26,111 nucleotides of DNA, from the IMG/VR virus record IMGVR_UViG_3300005662_000200, positions 1 through 26,111 of that record, one strand, 5' to 3'. Every line of letters starts with the position of its first letter. The stretch's first letter is position 1. The notes below the pieces were generated by a model. The model was not told the DNA's origin and ran no database searches. It worked only from the letters and a program-made list of their open reading frames with translations. The DNA is from a virus. Its lineage: Duplodnaviria > Caudoviricetes. This document shows positions 1 through 6,620 of this stretch, one piece after another. The position numbers and the translations under genes are program-made.

Positions 1-1
1 C

Positions 2-724
2 GAGCACGAAATGGCGCCCCAGTCCAGTTCAACTGCATCTCCCGTTATGGCAACCGTCAAACTCGACGGCCTGGAGATCGATCTGCCCGCAGAAGCAGCC
101 AGCGCGGTCCAGTCCTACTCACGGGACATGGGGCGCCAACTGCAAGCTCTCACCACCGAGCGCGACGAGCTTGCCACCAAGCTCGACTCTCTGCAGGCCG
201 ACTTCGACAACCTGGCCTACGAAAAAGAGGCCGCTGAAGGCCGCGCCGATGCTCTCGAAGAGCAACTGGCCACCTCAGGTGACGCACGCATCGACACCGC
301 CGAGCTCGACCAACTGGTCGCCGCCCGTCTCTCGACGCTCCAGCGCCTCGCCCCCGCCTTTGCCGAGGACTTCAAGTTCGACGGCATCGACGACAGCACC
401 CTCTACGTCCAGGCTTTTGAGAACCTGACCGGTTCCGCCCCCCGCGAAGACGCCGAACCCGCCTACATCCAAGGCGTGGTCGAAGGTGTACTCGCAGCTC
501 GGGCCGATGCCGAGGACGAAGAAGGCGAAGACGCCCCCGAAGGTGAAGAACCCGCGGAAGGCGACGAAACCCACGAGGACGCCGCTGACGACCGCACTGA
601 CAGCACTGTCGCCTTGCGTGACGCACTGAAAGGTGCCGGCCGCTCTGCTTCCGCTGACCCCGTTACTGCTTATCGCAGCAAGACGGCCGATGCCTGGAAG
701 CGTCCCCTCACCGCCACCAAGTAA
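2..724 (+). CDS. DUF2213-type capsid maturation protease/scaffold, C-terminal part (5' truncated by window edge)
   Basis: Frame is open from position 2, upstream of ATG 11. MATVKLDGLEIDL is followed by a coiled coil and an acidic linker, as in the C-terminal half of DUF2213 proteins. Lies directly upstream of the decoration and capsid genes. Confidence 0.7.
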   Translation, partial: EHEMAPQSSSTASPVMATVKLDGLEIDLPAEAASAVQSYSRDMGRQLQALTTERDELATKLDSLQADFDNLAYEKEAAEGRADALEEQLATSGDARIDTAELDQLVAARLSTLQRLAPAFAEDFKFDGIDDSTLYVQAFENLTGSAPREDAEPAYIQGVVEGVLAARADAEDEEGEDAPEGEEPAEGDETHEDAADDRTDSTVALRDALKGAGRSASADPVTAYRSKTADAWKRPLTATK

Positions 725-728
725 GGAG
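723..728 (+). promoter_or_regulatory. Shine-Dalgarno AAGGAG for 737
   Basis: TAAGGAG overlaps the upstream TAA stop; 8-nt spacer to ATG 737. Confidence 0.8.
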
Positions 729-736
729 TACCTTCC

Positions 737-1360
737 ATGGCCGTTTCTTTCACCCCCACCACCGTCAACAACCCTGTCGGTGCCCAAGGCAGCTACCCCC
801 TGGAGCTGACCGTTGGTCACGAAGGCATGATTGCTGACCTGCAGGCCTACGTGTCCCGCAGCTACTACAACCAGTCCGACGTTGCGATCCCCTTCGGCTC
901 GCTGGTCGCCACTGACAACTCGCCCACGAGCAACGACCCCTTCGCTGTCCTGCTGGCTCCCAGCGGCACCGGCGTCGTCGGTCTTGCTGTCGACAGCTTC
1001 ACTTTCGAGGGCGTCCCCGGTGCCAACGGCTCCTACACCCCGAACCCCACCAACATCATTGGTGATGGCTCCCTCCGCGCGGGTTACCCCAACGGACAAG
1101 CCATGAACGTCGTCTCCAAAGGCGTCGTCTGGGTGTATAGCACCGCCGCCATCGCCCTCGGTGATGCCGTGCGCTTCTTCGGTGTCGACCACTCCGCCAC
1201 GGTCACCGGCGCTTACGTCGGTCGTTTCACCAAAACCGCAGTCGCTAACAAAACGTTTGCCCTGACCGGCGGCGCTCGTTGGCTGTCTGAAACCAGCGGC
1301 GCTGGCCTGGTTCTCCTGGAGATTGACATCCCTGGGGTCACCTTCACCGCCGATACCTGA
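737..1360 (+). CDS. Capsid decoration/cement protein
   Basis: 207 aa, Gly/Ala/Thr-rich and beta-like, with AIPFG...V and MNVVSKGVVWV motifs. Sits between scaffold and major capsid genes, with a strong SD and C-ending codon bias. Confidence 0.75.
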   Translation: MAVSFTPTTVNNPVGAQGSYPLELTVGHEGMIADLQAYVSRSYYNQSDVAIPFGSLVATDNSPTSNDPFAVLLAPSGTGVVGLAVDSFTFEGVPGANGSYTPNPTNIIGDGSLRAGYPNGQAMNVVSKGVVWVYSTAAIALGDAVRFFGVDHSATVTGAYVGRFTKTAVANKTFALTGGARWLSETSGAGLVLLEIDIPGVTFTADT

Positions 1361-1377
1361 TCACGGAGCCATTACCA

Positions 1378-2295
1378 ATGACCACTGAAATCCGTAACGA
1401 CCAGGTCGGCGTCTTCCTAGCCCGCGAGCTGGAGACAATCCTCGCCCGCGCCTTCGAGGTCGAATACGCCGACATCAAGTACAGCACCGTTATCCCCGTC
1501 TCCACCGAGGTCGGTACCGGCGCTGACTCCTTCACCTACCGAGTCTTCGACAAGCAAGGCTCTATGAAGGTGATTGGCGACAAAGCCCAAGACCTGCCCC
1601 GCGCTGACGTGCTCCGCAAGGAAGTCACCCACCCGGTTCGCAGCCTCGGTGCTTCGTTCGCCTACACCGTTCAGGAGACCCGTGCCGCCTCGATGGTGCC
1701 CGGCATGAACCTCGAGCAGCGCCGTGCTAACGCCGTGCGCCGCGCCTACGAGGAGAAAGTGCAGGAAATCGCCTACTTCGGCGATGCCCCCTCTGGCATG
1801 AAGGGCTTCTTCAACAACAACCAGGTGGACAAGCTGGTGCCGGACCACTGGTTCGACACCGTGGACATCACCACCGACGAGATGCTGCAACTGCTCAACG
1901 AGCCCGCCACGCGGCTCGTGCAGAACAGCAACATGAAGGAGATGCCCAACACCATGTTGGTGCCCTACAACGTGTACCGCATCATCTCCACCACCCCGCG
2001 CAGCAGCACCTCCGACACCACGGTGATGGAGTTCTTCCTGCGCACCAACCCGATGATCACCGCCATCGAGCCCATCAACGAGCTCGAGGCTTCCAAGTCC
2101 GGCGGCGCCCTGTCTAAGGACCGGATCATCACCTACGACCGCAGCCCCGACAAGCTGCAGCTCCACGTGCCCCAGCCTCTCGAGTTCCTGCCGCCCCTGC
2201 GTCAGGCCCTTGAGTTCTCCGTTGCAGCTCACGCTCGCATCGGTGGCCTTGCGCTCTACTACCCCAAGAGCGCCCTCGTGCTCGAAAAGGCCTGA
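1378..2295 (+). CDS. Major capsid protein (DUF2184 family, HK97 fold)
   Basis: 305 aa. FLARELETI...EY...IPV...GA.SFTY.VFD..G, LPRAD, AYFGD...M.GFFNN and RIGG..LYYP motifs match my recall of DUF2184. Strongest codon bias in the window; GGAG at 1365-1368. Confidence 0.88.
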   Translation: MTTEIRNDQVGVFLARELETILARAFEVEYADIKYSTVIPVSTEVGTGADSFTYRVFDKQGSMKVIGDKAQDLPRADVLRKEVTHPVRSLGASFAYTVQETRAASMVPGMNLEQRRANAVRRAYEEKVQEIAYFGDAPSGMKGFFNNNQVDKLVPDHWFDTVDITTDEMLQLLNEPATRLVQNSNMKEMPNTMLVPYNVYRIISTTPRSSTSDTTVMEFFLRTNPMITAIEPINELEASKSGGALSKDRIITYDRSPDKLQLHVPQPLEFLPPLRQALEFSVAAHARIGGLALYYPKSALVLEKA

Positions 2296-2347
2296 TTCAG
2301 GTCTGCAGCACTGCGCTTGCTCTGTTGGCTCCTTCACTTTTCCGATC

Positions 2348-2758
2348 ATGATCCTCGTTTACCGCCCCGAACTCGAAAGTCCTCCCATGGACAAAGAGTG
2401 CACGATTGGTTTCTCCTTTGTGCAAACCAAGGGGCAGCCCGAAAACATCCAAGTGGAAGCCGGTGTCAACCGTGACTTCCCCGAGGACGTTTGGGAAAAA
2501 ATCGAGAACTACGACGTCGTTAAGAATCTGCTCAAACTCGGCGCCTTGCGCGTCGAAACCGAGCAGAACCTTGTCCAGGACTCGTCCTACGCGGCTGTCG
2601 ACAGCATCGCCGACATGCCAGTCACCCAGGCCATGCGCCTGGTTGAGGACAGCTTTGACGTCGCCCAGCTTCAACGCTGGGAGAACGGTGAGCAGCGTAT
2701 TCGCGTACGCAACGCCATCAGCAAGCGCATTTCCGCGATCACAGAGGGTAATGGCTAA
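2348..2758 (+). CDS. Hypothetical protein following the capsid gene (136 aa; probable start ATG 2348)
   Basis: The ORF-track start at 2210 overlaps the capsid gene; the first ATG after the capsid stop is 2348. C-terminal helical E.R.RVRNAISKRI motif is common in small post-capsid proteins. Coupled to the next gene by TAATG. Confidence 0.7.
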   Translation: MILVYRPELESPPMDKECTIGFSFVQTKGQPENIQVEAGVNRDFPEDVWEKIENYDVVKNLLKLGALRVETEQNLVQDSSYAAVDSIADMPVTQAMRLVEDSFDVAQLQRWENGEQRIRVRNAISKRISAITEGNG

Positions 2759-3066
2759 TGGCTGTCCCCACCTCTAACGAGTTTCTAAATCGCTTCCCCG
2801 AGTTCGGTGAGCTTTCCCTCCCCGTAGTCGAGCGTGCACTCTTAGAGGCCGGCCGATTCACACCGGCTGTCCAGTGGGGCACCATCCACACCGAGGCCGT
2901 CAGTAACTTGACGGCTCACATCCTCTCTACTCGCATCATGCAGGTAGGCCTACAAGTTGGTAGCCAGTCTGGACAGCCCTTGGGCACCGGTCTCAACGCC
3001 AGCCTGTACGGCCAGGAGTACGAGCGCCTTAAAGGCTCGCTTCCACTCTCTGGGTTTGCTCTGTAA
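2758..3066 (+). CDS. Head-tail adaptor, DUF4054 family
   Basis: F..RFPEF, WG....A...LTAHIL and L.ASLYGQEY.RL signature; position downstream of the capsid gene. Confidence 0.8.
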   Translation: MAVPTSNEFLNRFPEFGELSLPVVERALLEAGRFTPAVQWGTIHTEAVSNLTAHILSTRIMQVGLQVGSQSGQPLGTGLNASLYGQEYERLKGSLPLSGFAL

Positions 3067-3068
3067 CT

Positions 3069-3473
3069 ATGGCTGTCCCCGCCGCCACGATCGCCAGCTA
3101 CGCCCCTTGGGGTAACGCCGAGCTCGCGTTCGAGGTTGGGGACACCACGTTCACAGTCGATCCAACTACCGGAAACGCTGTCCAGAAGCGCAGCGTTGTC
3201 GAATACCTAGCCGCTCTCAGCCTCCAAGCTCCTGCTTGGACACCGCAGAGCGGCGTCGACAACACCTTCTACACCTGCAAGGGGCGCCTCCTTAGCCCGG
3301 CCCGCCTAGATCCCCGGATCACCAACGGCAGCCAAGCCGAGGCCGTGATCAACGGCTATCGCGGCCGTTTTGAGCTCGTATTCGAACTCAACATGGATCG
3401 CGCTGCCTACATCGACATCCGTCAGTCCATCCAAGGCACATTCCGCGTCATCGGAGGACCTGACCATGGCTAG
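3069..3473 (+). CDS. Putative head-closure/neck protein
   Basis: 134 aa, beta-rich, between DUF4054 and the gp10-like gene. Function inferred from synteny only. Confidence 0.55.
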   Translation: MAVPAATIASYAPWGNAELAFEVGDTTFTVDPTTGNAVQKRSVVEYLAALSLQAPAWTPQSGVDNTFYTCKGRLLSPARLDPRITNGSQAEAVINGYRGRFELVFELNMDRAAYIDIRQSIQGTFRVIGGPDHG

Positions 3474-3837
3474 GCGCCCCCTCGACCAACAACTGAAAGC
3501 CGCTACCGCGAAAGCGACCCAGCAACTCTCTCGTTGGCTCGATACTCGCTTCACCGCGGAAATTTCCGCCGTGAAGTGGGAGTACCCCACCCCGCCTCCT
3601 GTGCGGGACATCGTCGACACCGGCCGCCTCCGCGCCAGCCAGACACGCACCGTCAATTCCGATGGCAGCGTTACTTTCACCTGGCCCGTGGAATACGCCG
3701 CCGAAGTCCACGAGGGCGGCGTAGCCATCTCTGGCCAACGCTTCCCCGGTCGTCCCTGGACCAAAGCCCCCCTTAAAGAGGCCGCAGCCCAGTACAGCCA
3801 ACTGCTGACCAACGCCCTCCGCGCTGAGCAGCAATGA
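3466..3837 (+). CDS. HK97 gp10-like neck/tail-completion protein (123 aa; start ATG 3466)
   Basis: IVDTGRLRAS, EYAAEVHEG and PGRPW..P motifs; GGAGG at 3453-3457 before ATG 3466. Confidence 0.78.
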   Translation: MARRPLDQQLKAATAKATQQLSRWLDTRFTAEISAVKWEYPTPPPVRDIVDTGRLRASQTRTVNSDGSVTFTWPVEYAAEVHEGGVAISGQRFPGRPWTKAPLKEAAAQYSQLLTNALRAEQQ

Positions 3838-4307
3838 CGATCTCGACCGCCTGTCCAGCCGTTCTTCACCTGCGAACGACCATCGAGCGCCACATCCTCG
3901 ACCTCTACGAGGCCAACGGAACCACGCTCCGCCCCGAGGCCAATTGGCCCGGCTACTACACGATGCCTGCCGGCGACCGCATCCCCGCGGTCTACGTCGT
4001 TGGTGAATCCCAAGTCCCCTCGGACTGGGTCGTCACCGGCATCGAGTGCACCATCACAGACGTCCCCGAGATCGTCTCCCCCGGCTCCGTAGGAGCCATT
4101 TTGTCCTTCGAGCGCTGGCCTGTTCGTTTCACGAACTTCGGCAACCGCAAGGGCACCCGCATGCCCACTTCCCTGCTGGACATCAGCAGGCGGTTGGCAC
4201 GCACATTTCCCCGGGACAGTGCCACCTACATGCCCCGGACTGAGGCCACCTACGAGGCCTTGACGGTCTCCATCTTTGGTGCCGTTTTGAACCCACCGAT
4301 CCCCTAA
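3834..4307 (+). CDS. Putative tail terminator/completion protein
   Basis: 157 aa, ATGA overlap with the previous gene, immediately before the major tail protein. Synteny-based call. Confidence 0.55.
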   Translation: MTISTACPAVLHLRTTIERHILDLYEANGTTLRPEANWPGYYTMPAGDRIPAVYVVGESQVPSDWVVTGIECTITDVPEIVSPGSVGAILSFERWPVRFTNFGNRKGTRMPTSLLDISRRLARTFPRDSATYMPRTEATYEALTVSIFGAVLNPPIP

Positions 4308-4311
4308 GGAG
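4306..4311 (+). promoter_or_regulatory. Shine-Dalgarno AAGGAG for major tail protein
   Basis: TAAGGAGT overlaps the upstream stop; 8-nt spacer to ATG 4320. Confidence 0.8.
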
Positions 4312-4319
4312 TCACCACA

Positions 4320-5339
4320 ATGGCCGACTATGCCATCGGGCTCTCGTTCCACAAAGCTCACCGGACCCTAGTCCGCGCCGTGGATCTGACCCCTCCCTGC
4401 CGCTACTTCGCCACCCGCGACAGCGCAGGCATGATCACGCTGCCCACCCTCGACACAGGCTCTGTCTATGTCGAGATGCAGGGTATCACCAACACCACCT
4501 TCGCCATCAACGACAACAACCAGGAGTTCCGCCTCCTGGGTGACGACGGCTGGGGCGACTCGGTGATCACCGGCGCCACCGTGCAAGCCTCGGTAACCGC
4601 CTACTTCCTTAAGAACACCGAGCTGCCTGCTGGCCGCGAGTGCCCCCAGTTCGTCGGAAACTACGACGAGGGTTTCTCCCTCATCGAAAAAGCCCGCTAC
4701 AACAAGGATTACGAAATCTACGTCGAATTCCTCAAGGAGCTCGGCCAAACAGGCGGCACCACCGGCAACTTCGTGTATGACTTCACCGGCTTCAACGCCG
4801 TTGTGATGAATTACAACGAAAATCTGACAGCCGAAGGCCTCACCGAGGTCTCCTTCGACCTGATGTCCCGCGGTCGCCCGATCTTCGGTCGCTACGACTC
4901 CGGTTCCACCGGTCTGTCCTTCGGCGGCGTCCAGTCCAGCCTCCTGTTCACCGCAGCAGGCTCGGGTACCCGCCGTTACGCCACGCTTCCCGCCGCCAAC
5001 GCGGACTCGGTCGCTGTGGGCAACAACATCACGGTCACCTACACCAGCGATGGCACCGCTGCCCTGGCCCAACTGTCCCTCGGCCAGACTGACGGTGGTG
5101 GTTTCCGCCTCGAAGTGGCATCCACCGGTGCGCGCGTTCCTGCCACCGTCACCCTGGGTGGCGTCGGCACCAACGTGGTCACCATCAACCCCGACGCCAA
5201 CCTGACTGCTGCAACCATCTACCGCCTTGTGGTGGCTGACGGTGCCATTAAGCAGGCTCTCGACGGCAGTGGCGCCCCTTCCGCCACCGGCGTCCGGTTC
5301 CCCATGCAGGGCTTCCAATCGCTCTTTAAGACAGCCTGA
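4320..5339 (+). CDS. Major tail (tube) protein with C-terminal Ig-like (Big_5-type) domain
   Basis: 339 aa, strong SD and codon bias, followed by terminator, chaperones and tape measure. Tube-like N part (FTGFNAVVMNYNENLTAEGLTEVSFDLMSRG). C part P.ANA..V.V..NITVT...VTINPDANL.AATIYRL.V...F.T is Ig-like. Confidence 0.82.
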   Translation: MADYAIGLSFHKAHRTLVRAVDLTPPCRYFATRDSAGMITLPTLDTGSVYVEMQGITNTTFAINDNNQEFRLLGDDGWGDSVITGATVQASVTAYFLKNTELPAGRECPQFVGNYDEGFSLIEKARYNKDYEIYVEFLKELGQTGGTTGNFVYDFTGFNAVVMNYNENLTAEGLTEVSFDLMSRGRPIFGRYDSGSTGLSFGGVQSSLLFTAAGSGTRRYATLPAANADSVAVGNNITVTYTSDGTAALAQLSLGQTDGGGFRLEVASTGARVPATVTLGGVGTNVVTINPDANLTAATIYRLVVADGAIKQALDGSGAPSATGVRFPMQGFQSLFKTA

Positions 5340-5370
5340 CCGTCAGACTGACAAGGAGCCAACATTCCCG

Positions 5371-5393
5371 GCCCCGCTCTGCGGGGCTTTTTT
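5371..5393 (+). terminator. Rho-independent terminator after major tail gene
   Basis: GCCCCGC-TCT-GCGGGGC (7-bp all-GC stem) followed by TTTTTT. Confidence 0.85.
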
Positions 5394-5399
5394 GTAGCC

Positions 5400-5633
5400 A
5401 TGCAGCACGACATCTTGATGGACGCAGCCCACATGATCTACGCCATCAATTGCCGAGTAGAAGACGCCACCCTTCACTGCGGCGCCTTGTACTTGGAACC
5501 CCTGATCCCCTTCGAGTCTATCCGCTTAGCGTATGACGATGCTAGCGTGACAGTTGAACTACCCCACGAGCTCGTCAACCAAGCCGAGCCCTTCCGTCTC
5601 TGGTCCGTCGAACTCCCTATTGCTGATGTCTAA
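5400..5633 (+). CDS. Small hypothetical protein (77 aa) between tail tube and chaperone genes
   Basis: Fills the gap exactly, overlaps the next start by 8 nt, and has plausible composition. No SD near ATG 5400. Confidence 0.6.
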   Translation: MQHDILMDAAHMIYAINCRVEDATLHCGALYLEPLIPFESIRLAYDDASVTVELPHELVNQAEPFRLWSVELPIADV

Positions 5634-6165
5634 GTACGCTTCGCTGCTATTTTCCCCCGAGGACTACCACCAAATCGGGCCTTTTCGCTTTCCCATCTAC
5701 CACGACCTCGTGCCTGGTGAAGCTAAAGGCATTGAAGGCATCAGCCGCAAACAAGCCAAATCGACGTTTCGCTCCATCAAACTGGCGCAACGCATCGCCA
5801 AGGACCGGGGGATCTCGACCAAGGAAGCCCTCGATATTCTCGGCAACCAGAGCGAAGACACCCAGGATCTGCTCCTCGACTACGCCACCGAGCTCGAAGA
5901 ACTACAGCGTGATGCTGTCGGCGCCGTCGAGCAGCAGATTGGCTTCGTGACTTTGTTCATGCGCTACCGCGCCGAGGCCAAGCTGCCCAAAGGCAAGGAC
6001 TGGCAGAAGCTCGAGGACTGGACCGAGGCCGACACCGAAGCCATCCCAACCAAGCTCATGGAGGAAGTATTCCAGCTCATCATCTGGGAGCGTGACGGCT
6101 GGCCGACCGCGGAGGGAAACGAGGAGGAGGAACAGGAGTTCCACCTACCCCCGAGCAAACCCTGA
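5626..6165 (+). CDS. Tail assembly chaperone (gpG-like, 179 aa; start ATG 5626)
   Basis: Acidic helical protein upstream of the tape measure gene; carries an in-frame G GGA AAC slippery heptamer near its 3' end. Confidence 0.75.
   Translation: MSKYASLLFSPEDYHQIGPFRFPIYHDLVPGEAKGIEGISRKQAKSTFRSIKLAQRIAKDRGISTKEALDILGNQSEDTQDLLLDYATELEELQRDAVGAVEQQIGFVTLFMRYRAEAKLPKGKDWQKLEDWTEADTEAIPTKLMEEVFQLIIWERDGWPTAEGNEEEEQEFHLPPSKP
6114..6149 (+). other. Programmed -1 ribosomal frameshift signal (GGGAAAC plus 3' hairpin)
   Basis: X XXY YYZ heptamer at 6114-6120 in the correct phase (GAG GGA AAC). The -1 frame is open to 6590. Hairpin GGAAC-AGGA-GTTCC (6129-6142) can extend with AGG/CCT. Confidence 0.82.
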
Positions 6166-6590
6166 AGGACGCGGAAGCTACGCTTCGCGCTCCCCTTACG
6201 GACTGGGACGCTATCTACTTCCGAGTGCGGGCCTCACCCGTTGGCGGCGACTTCACACCCACGCGCTTCGTCCGCACTCCCATCAGCACCATACGCTGGC
6301 TATTGCGCCAGATCGACGACGAAGATCGCGCTCGGCTGAACATGCAGAGCATGACCACCGCAAAGCTAAATGCGCTCCTAGTGCAGATCGCTCACGGCTT
6401 TTCTGGCTCCAAGCGTCCCGCGCCTAAGACCACACCGCGCGCCTTCCTGCCCTTCCCCGACTGGACCCCAACCACAACTCCCACTGACGGCCCCGACGCA
6501 CCTACCAAGTTCATCCTCACCGAGCTCGTGCGCACGCGCTGCATTCCGCTGCATGTCTACGCCGCTCTGGCGACCGGAACCACCGAGTAG
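6120..6590 (+). CDS. gpT-like frameshift extension of the tail chaperone (G-T fusion about 321 aa, 5626..6590)
   Basis: The -1 frame reads RGGGTGVPPTPEQTLKDAEATLRAPLTDWDAIYFRVRASPVGG... into ORF-track 6225..6590, which lacks an SD at its GTG. Confidence 0.75.
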   Translation, partial: RGGGTGVPPTPEQTLKDAEATLRAPLTDWDAIYFRVRASPVGGDFTPTRFVRTPISTIRWLLRQIDDEDRARLNMQSMTTAKLNALLVQIAHGFSGSKRPAPKTTPRAFLPFPDWTPTTTPTDGPDAPTKFILTELVRTRCIPLHVYAALATGTTE

Positions 6591-6620
6591 CCTTAACATA
6601 CGAGTAGCGCATAGCGGGCT

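Noticed and set aside
1378-2295. Encapsulin/linocin nanocompartment interpretation of the DUF2184 protein
   Set aside because: It is embedded in a complete head-neck-tail operon, so it is a phage capsid protein.
2210-2347. Capsid gene frameshift or read-through into the next ORF (the +1 frame is open across the capsid stop)
   Set aside because: No convincing +1 shifty site; the -1 frame stops at about 2349; ATG 2348 explains the downstream gene.
275-5318. Long minus-strand ORFs (275..1192, 1417..2349, 3306..4361, 4368..5318 and many smaller ones)
   Set aside because: They are antisense shadows of strongly codon-biased GC-rich + strand genes, fully overlap real genes, and carry no recognisable motifs.
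5336-5352. Alternating CTGAC-C-GTCAG-A-CTGAC inverted repeats as operator or hairpin
   Set aside because: Only 5-bp arms with 1-nt loops and no second copy seen; compatible with chance.
5337-5399. Stop read-through fusing the tube protein to the 77-aa ORF (same frame), or UGA recoding
   Set aside because: Needs two successive UGA read-throughs (5337, 5349). TGA, TAA and TAG all end genes cleanly elsewhere, so the standard code applies.
5554-5625. TTG start at 5554 for the chaperone gene
   Set aside because: The extension is low-complexity Ser/Pro and overlaps the upstream ORF; ATG 5626 is coupled to the upstream stop.
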